From contig JAJDTB010000015.1 in assembly GCA_022827345.1 (NCBI GenBank), positions 89,237-153,236 of the forward strand: a stretch of 64,000 nucleotides of DNA. The letters run 5' to 3'. Positions 40,028-48,031 of this stretch are shown piece by piece. Made by a program: the position numbers and the translations under genes. Position 1 is the first letter of the stretch. Each line of letters begins with the position of its first letter. This DNA is from Gemmatimonadota bacterium. GTDB lineage: Bacteria > Gemmatimonadota > Gemmatimonadetes > Longimicrobiales > Gaopeijiaceae. Under the pieces are notes generated by a model. That model was not told where the DNA came from. It made no database searches and saw only the letters and a program-made list of their open reading frames with translations.

Positions 40028-40708
40028 ATGGGCAGCTCGCATGATGCCGTCATGCAGTACGTGGAAGACGAACTGAAGAAGGACCGCCGCGTCAAGAACG
40101 CGACCTTGTTCGCCGGTGCCCGGGAGATCGAGGAGTCGGTGGGGGAGCTTACGCTGCAACAGTTTCACGCCAAGTACCGTCTGCCCGCGACCCGGCGCAT
40201 CGCACCGCCGCGACAGCCCGCACGGCAACCGAAGGCGGACCGGGCGCCTGCCCCCGTGCCCGCGCCATCCGGCGACGGCGCGGCCGTCATGGAGTTCGTG
40301 GTGCGGGCGCTCGAAGCGGACCCCGGCATCTCGAACGCGGACCTGTTCGCGGCGGCCCGCAAGATCGACCCCTCCGTCGCGGAACTCTCCGCCCGGCAGT
40401 TCCATGCGAAGTATCCGCTCCAAGTGAAGGCGCGGCTGGCAAAAGCCGCAACGGCCGAGCCCGATGCGCCGCCGGAACCGGAAGCGCCACCGGCTGAGGA
40501 AACGGCCGCCGGGGATGCGCCACCGACCGAGGAAGCCGCCGCCGAGGATGGGCCACCGGCGGGGACAGGCGACCCGTCCGCCGTGCGCCGTCTGCTGTTG
40601 GATCTGGCCAAGGAACTCGCGAACGCGGGGAGTCAGGCGGAGACGATCGAGGTCGTGGCCCGGCTGGATGACTATGTGGCCGACATTATGAAGGCGGCGC
40701 GGGGCTGA
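40028..40708 (+). CDS. hypothetical protein with two tandem ~50-aa repeats and a P/E/A-rich linker
   Basis: Repeat 1 is AVMQYVEDELKKDRRVKNATLFAGAREIEESVGELTLQQFHAKYRLP. Repeat 2 is AVMEFVVRALEADPGISNADLFAAARKIDPSVAELSARQFHAKYPLQ. A PPEPEAPPAEETAAGDAPPTEEAAAEDGPPAG linker follows, then a short C-terminal helix. Confidence 0.6.
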   Translation: MGSSHDAVMQYVEDELKKDRRVKNATLFAGAREIEESVGELTLQQFHAKYRLPATRRIAPPRQPARQPKADRAPAPVPAPSGDGAAVMEFVVRALEADPGISNADLFAAARKIDPSVAELSARQFHAKYPLQVKARLAKAATAEPDAPPEPEAPPAEETAAGDAPPTEEAAAEDGPPAGTGDPSAVRRLLLDLAKELANAGSQAETIEVVARLDDYVADIMKAARG

Positions 40709-41318
40709 GTCGTCGGCAAAGCCCGCGTGGTTGGAAACCGACATCGAGGGGCGGCGCGGGGCGCGGTGGCGCGACAGTACGAAAAGACGGCACAAGGGCT
40801 ACGTTGTCCCCCTGACCGAGGAGCCCGGTTCGCCGCCCGGTGACTCTTGAGACATCGGCAGCGAGCGCGGTCCACGGTTGCCAACGCCTTCCGGCACGGA
40901 TTGCTGGTCCGGAGCGACCCCCGAGGGAGGGTGGGATGGAAGTGCACATCCCAACCCTCCCCGATGCCACGCCAGGCATCGGAATCGGGGGGTCGCTCCG
41001 GTCACGGCCTCCGGTTCCGGCGCGGCGCAGCCGCCCCGGAGGCCGTGGTGCAACCTACAGCCGGACAACGACATGCAAAGTCGCGGACGTGCACGTCCGA
41101 ATCCCGTTTTCGCGCACATGCCCCCGATTTCACATGTGCGCCTCTGGATTGGCACCGGGACCCACCTCCGAGTCCGAACAACGGACTCCATCAAGCTTCG
41201 TGAGCCACACCCCGACTGACCCCCGATCATCCGCCTGAACCGCTCCCTTCGGGGCGGGACGGACCTGCCGGAAGACCTGCCACTGGCCAGACACGCCCGC
41301 GCGAGCGAAGTTTCAAGT

Positions 41319-42518
41319 GTGCAGATCGTGCAGCCCATCGTCGAAAGGAATCGAATGATGGGACGCACGAAACGGGACCGGCGCTCGTACAGCGCCGGCG
41401 AATGGGGCCGGAACCGGGTGAGGATCTTTGCCGACCCGAAGACCGGCATCCTCCAGATCGAGTGGCGAGAGAACGGGCGAAGGCTAACCCGGTCCCTCAA
41501 GCACCGCGACTGGCGGCGCGCGAAGCGGCAGGCCGACAAGTTTGCCGCAGGGTTCGCCGGGCCGGTATTGAACGGCAAGCAGGAAGCCGAGCCCAAGCCG
41601 CTGACTCTGGGCACGCTCTTTGACATCTACGGTGAGGAGGTGACGCCCACGAAGGGCAAGGGCACGCAAGCGCGCGACCGGTACTCGACCGAGATGTTTC
41701 TCGGGTTCTTCGGACGGGACCGCGACCCGGCGACCCTCTCGCAGCGCGATTGGGACCGGTTCATCCGGGAGCGCCGCGCGGGCAGGGTCGGGGCCTCGGG
41801 CCGGCCGGTGCGCAACCGGACGATCGAATGGGATCTGACGTTCCTGATGGCCGTGCTCAACTGGGCGGCGAGGTCGAGGGACGACCAGGGCCGCCTGTTC
41901 CTCGACAGGAATCCGCTGAAGGGCCTCAGGAAGCCCACGGCGAAGAACCCCGCGAGGGTTCTGCTGACCGAGGACGAGTACAGGGCGATGCTCGGGGTTT
42001 CCCGGCAGGTCAACTGGCGATTCCACGTCGCCCTCGTGCTCGCGCACGAGACCGGTCACCGAATCGGTGCCATCCGCCAGCTTCGGTGGAGTGACATCGA
42101 CTTCGAGGGCAGGACGATCCGGTGGAGGGCCAAGCACGAGAAGACGGGCTACGAGCACGTCACGCCGATGACGGACGAGGCCGTCGCCGCCTTGGAGGAG
42201 GCGCGGCGCATGACCACCGGCACGGGAGACACTCCGGTGATGCCCGCCGGGACGGACCCTTCCCGGTGCATGGACAGTTCCTGGGCCTACCAGTTCTGGT
42301 GCAGGGCGCAGAAGCGGGCGGGCTTGGAGCCCAAGCGCGGGAGGGGCTGGCACTCGCTCAGGCGAAAGTTCGCCTCGGACCTGATGGACCTGCCCCTCAA
42401 GGTCCTGTGCCAGCTGGGCGGCTGGAAGAACGCCCACACGGTTCTGCGCTGCTATCAGAGAGCCGACGAGGGACAACTCAGGGAGGCGCTGGAGAGCCGC
42501 CGCAGGGTTCAGGTCTGA
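41319..42518 (+). CDS. tyrosine-type site-specific recombinase/integrase, intact (probable ATG start at 41355)
   Basis: C-terminal catalytic domain with LAHETGHRIGAIRQLRWSDID, GWHSLRRKFASDL, and LGGWKNAHTVLRCYQ (R...HxxR...Y). Confidence 0.9.
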   Translation: MQIVQPIVERNRMMGRTKRDRRSYSAGEWGRNRVRIFADPKTGILQIEWRENGRRLTRSLKHRDWRRAKRQADKFAAGFAGPVLNGKQEAEPKPLTLGTLFDIYGEEVTPTKGKGTQARDRYSTEMFLGFFGRDRDPATLSQRDWDRFIRERRAGRVGASGRPVRNRTIEWDLTFLMAVLNWAARSRDDQGRLFLDRNPLKGLRKPTAKNPARVLLTEDEYRAMLGVSRQVNWRFHVALVLAHETGHRIGAIRQLRWSDIDFEGRTIRWRAKHEKTGYEHVTPMTDEAVAALEEARRMTTGTGDTPVMPAGTDPSRCMDSSWAYQFWCRAQKRAGLEPKRGRGWHSLRRKFASDLMDLPLKVLCQLGGWKNAHTVLRCYQRADEGQLREALESRRRVQV

Positions 42519-42609
42519 GAATCCCGATCAGCGGGAATCAAACGGCGGGAACCGGCTCGTCGAAACCCGTAAGTAACACGGGTACAGACAGATACGAATC
42601 CGGTTCCGT

Positions 42610-43640
42610 CCGCTGGTAACACCGCAGGACGGTCTAGGCCTCCTTCCAGCCACCGAGATCGCAGAGCACCTTGAGCGGCAGACCCATGAGGTCGGTCGCA
42701 CACTTGCGCCTCAGCGAGTGCCAGCCCCTTCCGCGCTTGGGCTCCAGCCCCGCCCGCCTCTCGGCGAACTTCCACCAAGCGGCCATCCGCGGGCCGCTCA
42801 CGCATGTCGAGGGATCCCGCAACGCGGGCAAAACCGGCGCGTCCCCGGACGCGTGATTGTGCTCCCTCGCCTCCTCCAAGGCTCCGGTCGCTTCGGCGGT
42901 CACCGGCGTCCGGTGCTCGTACCCGGTCTTCTCGTGCTCGGCCCGCCAGAGGATGGTCCGCTGCTCGAAGTCGATGTCAGACCACCTCAGCTTGCGGATG
43001 GCACTGATGCGGTGACCCGTTTCGTGCGCGAGTACGAGCGCGACGCGGAAGCGCCAGCCAACCCGCCCGGACACCTTGAGCATCGCCTCGCATTCCTCGT
43101 CGGAAAGCACGACCCGGGTGGGGTTCTTCACCGTCGGCACCCCTGAGTCCCTTGAGCGGGTTGGAGTCGATGAGCAGACCGCCCCGCTCGTCCCTCGACT
43201 TGGCGGCCCAGTTGAGGATCGCGAGCAGGATCCTCAGGTCGTAGCCCACGGTGCGGTCGGACGCGGGCTTGCCGCTCGGTCCGATCCTGCCCGCGCGCCG
43301 CTCCCGGATGAACCGGTCCCAGTCGCGCTGGGAAAGCGTCAGGGGACTGCGGTTCGGCCCGAAGATCGGAGAAACACTCTCATCGCGGCCCGGTCGGACC
43401 TCTGAGTCGTCTCCGCCTTGGTGGGCGTCACCTCTTCGCCGTAGATGTCAAAGAGCTTCTCCAGGGTGAGCGGCTCGGGCTCGGCTTCCGCCTTGCGCAG
43501 CGAATTCGTCCGCCTGCCGCTTCGCCCTCACCCAATCGCGGTGACCCAGCGATCGGGTGCGCCTGCGCCCGTTCTCTCGCCACTCCATCTGGTAAAGGCC
43601 GGTCTTGGCGTCGGGAAACACCCTCACGCGGTTCCGGGCT
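42610..43640 (-). pseudogene. disrupted paralogue of the integrase, tail-to-tail with the intact copy
   Basis: Homology to the intact integrase runs through three reading frames: ARNRVRVFPDAKTGLYQMEWRENGRR, then KAEAEPEPLTLEKLFDIYGEEVTPTK, then LSQRDWDRFIRERRAG...LNWAAKSRDERGGLLIDSNPLKGL, then PTVKNPTRVVLSDEECEAML...GWHSLRRKCATDL...LGGWKEA. An in-frame TAG at 42634-42636 precedes TVLRCYQR, and the native C-terminus is missing. Confidence 0.85.
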
Positions 43641-43878
43641 CTGGGATCGCCCAGGATCGACGATCGCCGACCTCCGAGGGGTACGGGGTCGGGTGAGAAT
43701 CGCCTTCGAGCACAGCCTCGACGAGGAACCGGGGGATCCCGAAGCGAACCGCGATGGCTGCCGGATCCTCGCCCCGGGCCGTCCGCTCACGGATATCGCA
43801 GGTGAGGCATACGGCTTCCCCCCGGGGACGGCCCACGTCGCAGGACCCACACCGCCGTTCCCCTGCTGACGGGGCCAC
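43624..43878 (-). CDS. putative small zinc-ribbon/HTH-like protein (possible excisionase or regulator)
   Basis: GTG start. Contains CGSCDV...CLTCDI followed by GEDPAAIAVRFGIPRFLVEAVLE. Its 3' end lies in repeat block X. Weak call. Confidence 0.3.
   Translation of the reverse strand: MAPSAGERRCGSCDVGRPRGEAVCLTCDIRERTARGEDPAAIAVRFGIPRFLVEAVLEGDSHPTPYPSEVGDRRSWAIPEPGTA
43634..43700. repeat. block X: direct-repeat partner of 39324-39390
   Basis: See block X-prime. The two copies are 4,310 bp apart on the same strand. Confidence 0.7.
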
Positions 43879-43907
43879 GACAGCGGCGGCAGCCGCCGAT
43901 CCGCCAT

Positions 43908-44102
43908 CTAGCTCGCTGGAGGCCGGGGCACTTGGAGGTCCTTGCAGATCTTTCTGGTGAGGTCCCGGTTGATCTCGTTGTGCCGGGGAATCGTCGAGAC
44001 CCTCTTGGCCGCCCGGTTGATGTAGAGGGTGTGGTTCGCGCCTTCGCGCAGAAAGGCGCATCCGTGGTATGCCAAGTGCCGCAGCAGGTCTCGGCGCTTC
44101 AC
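43908..44102 (-). CDS. hicA: HicA-family mRNA interferase toxin
   Basis: (M)KRRDLLRHLAYHGCAFLREGANHTLYINRAAKRVSTIPRHNEINRDLTRKICKDLQV is typical of HicA/YcfA. The GTG start shares a GTGA overlap with the hicB stop. Confidence 0.85.
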   Translation of the reverse strand: MKRRDLLRHLAYHGCAFLREGANHTLYINRAAKRVSTIPRHNEINRDLTRKICKDLQVPRPPAS

Positions 44103-44305
44103 GCCGTGACAGTGATGGGCTCTCTGATGACCGCACCGCCGTCGGCGTCTTCGCGGGCCATTTCCCGGTTGGCTTCGATCACCATGGCGACGGCTTCCCG
44201 CAGATTCGACCGAGCTTCTTCGAGGGAAGCGCCCTGGGTGTTGGCACCGGGAAACTCCTCGATGAAGGCGATGTAGCCTTCAGGGACTTTCCGGAACACC
44301 GCCAT
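44099..44305 (-). CDS. hicB: HicB-family antitoxin (short form)
   Basis: MAVFRKVPEGYIAFIEEFPGANTQGASLEEARSNLREAVAMVIEANRE shows the HicB N-terminal RNase-H-like fold pattern. Confidence 0.75.
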   Translation of the reverse strand: MAVFRKVPEGYIAFIEEFPGANTQGASLEEARSNLREAVAMVIEANREMAREDADGGAVIREPITVTA

Positions 44306-44571
44306 GCATTGCAGGTCCACCACTGAACTCCTTGTGACGCCGATGGATGCATTCACGCTAGCGGTCACCCGGCGCTAGCGCCATCCTCCGCCCGGGCGGT
44401 TCGGACGTCTCAACCTCGGCGGACACCGCCGCCAGCGGCTTGTCAAAAAGACCCCCGCCGGTAATCGCGGGGGGCCGCAGCGACGGCAACGGAACCGCGT
44501 GTGCCTATTGGCAGGCGAGAGCCGGTATGGAATCGGCTGCCGCCGGACGGCTTCGTGATCCCTGCCCAGCG

Positions 44572-45801
44572 TCACCTTAACGGGCTGCTCATTACCTCAT
44601 ATACCTCCACGAACTCCACGCCCAGTTCGTCCCGCCTCAGCACGGCGATCCTCCCGTGCGCCACATCCAATAGCTCGTGCGGCTGGCCCGTCACAGCGAC
44701 CGTATCCTCAATCCAGATAGGCCGAAGCACCGGGAGGCTGAGCTTCCCGACCGGCGTCCCGTTCGCGTCGAGAATCGTCCAGCGCCGCATCTCGTCGGCC
44801 AGCTTCGGGTAGTCGCCGATCCAGATCCCCCCATCGGGGTCGACGCTGATCGCACCATAGGCCGGATAGGTGTCCCGCACCGTCGACTGCTCCAGCCGCC
44901 GGCGCCAGTTCGCGTGAACTTCCTCGGGGAGAATCGCCAGGAAGGTCTCGGTCCACTCTTCCTTCTCCGCTGCCGTGACCACCCGCGGCGAGTACCCGCC
45001 GCGAATCCGGGTGACGGGGGCGGCTCCCCGGTAGAGTGTGAGGTTCAGCGAATCGTTCGTGCCGACGAGCGCGTGTTCTCCTCGTCCGGTAAAGAGCGCG
45101 GTGAGGCCGAACCCGACGGGGTTCCAGTCGTCGCCGACGTGGCGCTCCTTGCCCGCCCACTGGCCGAGCGTATCGACGATCTCGCCAGCGTCGTTCGCGA
45201 GCACGAGGAAAACCGGACCCCGCTGGATTCCCGGGGGTAGGGTCGGCCGCGTCTCCAGTGCCGCGAGCACCTCTCCGCTCCCCAGCCGACTCAGCGGGAC
45301 CGCCGCCCCGAGTCCCGCCCCCTGCTCCAAGCGGATGATGTCGGTCACCGTTCCCTGCGAGTCCAGAAAGGTCAGTCGGCGCTGACGCCAATCAAAGACG
45401 AACGGCGCGCCATCCGGGCCGACCGCGACTCGCTTGATATCCAAGTACTCCCCTGGCCCCTCGCCTTCCCGACCCGAACGCGCGCGAACCGTCCCGTCCG
45501 GTTCAAGGAAGGTGAGTTCGAACAGCCGACTGTCGGCGATGACCAGCGACGAATCCGGCAGAAACGCAGCCGCTATGACCGCCTCGAAGAAGAGATCGGC
45601 AATCGTGGTGGTGGTATGAAGGAGTCGCAGCTCCACCTCAGGCAGGTCGAGCATGTGGACATCCGAAACCCGGACGATCTCCACGCCCGCAGAATCGGCA
45701 GTCGTGATGCAGCCCCTGCTTGCCGTCTCGGTTGACTGACTCTCGCATGCCATGGTGGTGGAGAGTGCGGCGAAGATGAGAAAGCGCGAAGTCTGTGACA
45801 T
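44572..45801 (-). CDS. 6-bladed beta-propeller-type lipoprotein
   Basis: Lipobox AALSTTMAC. Repeated D/G-rich strand patterns and IWIGDY. Family call is tentative. Confidence 0.55.
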   Translation of the reverse strand: MSQTSRFLIFAALSTTMACESQSTETASRGCITTADSAGVEIVRVSDVHMLDLPEVELRLLHTTTTIADLFFEAVIAAAFLPDSSLVIADSRLFELTFLEPDGTVRARSGREGEGPGEYLDIKRVAVGPDGAPFVFDWRQRRLTFLDSQGTVTDIIRLEQGAGLGAAVPLSRLGSGEVLAALETRPTLPPGIQRGPVFLVLANDAGEIVDTLGQWAGKERHVGDDWNPVGFGLTALFTGRGEHALVGTNDSLNLTLYRGAAPVTRIRGGYSPRVVTAAEKEEWTETFLAILPEEVHANWRRRLEQSTVRDTYPAYGAISVDPDGGIWIGDYPKLADEMRRWTILDANGTPVGKLSLPVLRPIWIEDTVAVTGQPHELLDVAHGRIAVLRRDELGVEFVEVYEVMSSPLR

Positions 45802-46012
45802 TCTCTGGTCCTTCCGACGGCGGTGGTCCCGCAGGTTCCACCAAGAACGCTACGAGACCTTGAGTAGCTTCTACAATCGAAAACAGGTACGGGTGAAGCA
45901 GTGCAAATGTTCGTTGGGGCCGACGAGGAAGTGGCAATGCCGGTCATTGATTCCCCCGAAAACCGCGCTCACGCGTTACTAGCTCGACGGCACCCCAGGC
46001 GGTGTTCGTTTG

Positions 46013-47698
46013 TCAGCGACTCAACTCCGCGAGCTTCGCCCTCGCCAGTTGCGCTGGCTCGTAGTCCTCATCGGCGTTCTCCCACACGGTAAGCGCGCTC
46101 GTCAGGTTCTCCACCGCCCCCCCGATGTCCCCCCGTGTCTCCATCAGAAACGCCATCTCCAGGTGCGCGTGCGGATCGGCCGGAACCAAACGAAACGCCT
46201 CCCGCAGCTCGGCTTCCGCTTCGTCGAGGAAGCCCGCGCGGCGCAGCGCGCGACCCGCTCCACGGTAGTACCTACCCTCCGGCGATAGGGCGATAGCTGC
46301 CCTGAAGCTCTCCGCCGCCCCTGCGTAGTCCTCCGCGCGGTCGCGGATTAGCCCCAGGTCCCCCAAGAGGGTTGCCCTGATGAGTCCCCGAACATCCCCA
46401 GCCTCCACTGCGTCCGACGCTTGCCGGTGCGCATCGAGAGCGGCTGCCACGCCCTGCGCCGCAAGAGCGACGTGAACGGTCGCGCTTGCGACGTAGGTAG
46501 ACAACGGTGTCTGGAGCCCTGCCCGCACTTCCTCCAGGAGGGTGACCGCCTCGTCGACACGACCCGCGTCAAGATATACGAGGATGTCGCCGACGCGCCC
46601 GAGAGCCATGGCGCGCGGCGTCTCGAAGCCTGACTCCTCCTGCACCCTTGCCTCAATCGCGTGGATCGCATCTGCCATCTCCCCACGCCGGTGGTGATAA
46701 CGAGTAAGCCACGACAGCGCCCGGGCCCGCTGCGCTCGAGTGCTGGCTTGTGCCAACAAACGGTCGTACCCGGCACGGGCTTCCTCCAATCGCCCGACAT
46801 CCAGATCGAGGTCCGCGAGCAACCTCGCAGGTCCCTGTGACAGAGGTTCCAAGGCGATGGCCCGCTCCAGCGCTTCGCGCGCGTCTTCGTGCTGGCCGCG
46901 CCGCCGGTGGAAGTCCGCCAGCGAGTAGTATCCGGATACGTCTCCGGGGAACCGCTCTACATGCTCGGTCCACAGGGACAAAGCCTCGGCATAGTTGCCC
47001 AGACTCTCGTGTGCTCGGGCCATAGACAGGATTGGTCGGCCGTCGAGGGGATCGAGGCGGCGGATCTCGGTTAGGGTCGCCAGCACATCCTCCCATTCAC
47101 CGTTCGCCAGCTGCATCCCGGCCAGAATGTTCAACGCGTTCAAGTCGTTGGGATACAGTCCGACCCACATGTCCACTACGGTCGCCACTTTGTCCGTCTC
47201 CCCAGTCTCCACGTAGTACTCCGCCCTGATCTGGAAGCCGTAGCGCTCGGGCACTCGGTAGAGGTTCTCCATGGCCGCCACCAGCGGTGCCATGGCGACG
47301 ACCGCACCCTCCGCCGATTGTCGCAACACGAGGTGCAAGGCGTATTGTGCGATGGTGAAGCTGGGATCGAGGGTTGTGGCGGTGGTCAGGTATTCTATGG
47401 CCCCCTCGACATCTCGGTGGACGCGGTCGAGGAAAACCCCCTTGAAGAAAGCCTCCACTGCGGCGGCGTTCTCGGAGAGCCGTGAGTGTAAAGGCAAGTC
47501 CTCGACGCCTTCGCGGACAGGGATCTCCAGGGCTCTCTTCACGGGTCCCGACATCTCATCGACAAGTGCGAGCAGGTCGGTCCCTTCGTGGAAGGTCTCC
47601 CCCGCGAGCGATCCGTTACCCGCTCTGTACACCCTGAGGTCGCGTGGCAAGCTCGCCAATGACGGCTGGGAAGCGGGAGGACTTTCCGGCGTGTCCAT
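46013..47698 (-). CDS. tetratricopeptide (TPR) repeat protein
   Basis: Multiple 34-aa A/L/Y/G-patterned repeats, for example NYAEALSLWTEHVERFPGDVSGYYSLADFHRRRGQHEDAREALERAIALEP. Confidence 0.8.
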   Translation of the reverse strand: MDTPESPPASQPSLASLPRDLRVYRAGNGSLAGETFHEGTDLLALVDEMSGPVKRALEIPVREGVEDLPLHSRLSENAAAVEAFFKGVFLDRVHRDVEGAIEYLTTATTLDPSFTIAQYALHLVLRQSAEGAVVAMAPLVAAMENLYRVPERYGFQIRAEYYVETGETDKVATVVDMWVGLYPNDLNALNILAGMQLANGEWEDVLATLTEIRRLDPLDGRPILSMARAHESLGNYAEALSLWTEHVERFPGDVSGYYSLADFHRRRGQHEDAREALERAIALEPLSQGPARLLADLDLDVGRLEEARAGYDRLLAQASTRAQRARALSWLTRYHHRRGEMADAIHAIEARVQEESGFETPRAMALGRVGDILVYLDAGRVDEAVTLLEEVRAGLQTPLSTYVASATVHVALAAQGVAAALDAHRQASDAVEAGDVRGLIRATLLGDLGLIRDRAEDYAGAAESFRAAIALSPEGRYYRGAGRALRRAGFLDEAEAELREAFRLVPADPHAHLEMAFLMETRGDIGGAVENLTSALTVWENADEDYEPAQLARAKLAELSR

Positions 47699-47992
47699 CC
47701 GAACAGTCTAGGTCCGCTACAGGACCGTGGCAAACCGCAGTCGTGTCCAGTCGAGAGACCGGGGCGGAGGCACACTTTTGTTGAACAGGCTGATTGAAGG
47801 TGAGCCCCGGACATCCCTTGAGTCCGCTCAAGAAGGCGGTCCGAACGGCTTTGGGAGTCCCGCTATTCCGGTCCGTTTTTCCCGCTTTCGCGTTACGGTC
47901 CAGCAGGGTCCAGCCCAACGGCAGGAAACGCAGATCGTGCAGCCCTGTAAGTAGTTAGACGGGTTCCTGCCGCGATTTCGACCCTTGCCATG

Positions 47993-48031
47993 CTGCAACA
48001 ACGACATTACATTATGTAATGTTCTCTATAC
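47993..48031. promoter_or_regulatory. AT-rich 39-bp palindrome, copy E, with a perfect 19-bp core palindrome
   Basis: Sequence is TGCAACAACGACATTACATTATGTAATGTTCTCTATACA. The core ACATTACAT-T-ATGTAATGT (48003-48021) is perfectly palindromic. On the plus strand: ATTACA (48005-48010), 17-nt spacer, TACATT (48028-48033). Confidence 0.55.

Larger units (their letters stand above)
35735..44584. mobile_element. mosaic integrase-associated accessory island (boundaries tentative)
   Basis: Contains one intact tyrosine integrase, one multiply disrupted paralogue, one integrase 3' remnant, flank-derived inverted and direct repeats, HicAB, and orphan genes. Flanked by unrelated convergent chromosomal genes. 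Confidence 0.6.

Noticed and set aside
39546-40076. 176-aa plus-strand ORF in the island spacer
   Set aside because: R/P/A/S-rich non-protein-like translation. It overlaps the better-supported start of the 226-aa gene in another frame.
42561-42585. CCCGTGTTACTTACGGG hairpin (5-bp stem, 7-nt loop) as a possible tRNA anticodon arm or tRNA attB
   Set aside because: The flanking sequence does not fold into D or T arms. GCCGTTTGATTCCCGC lacks a complementary T-stem, and position 37 would be a pyrimidine. It is better explained as an integrase-flank repeat or core site.
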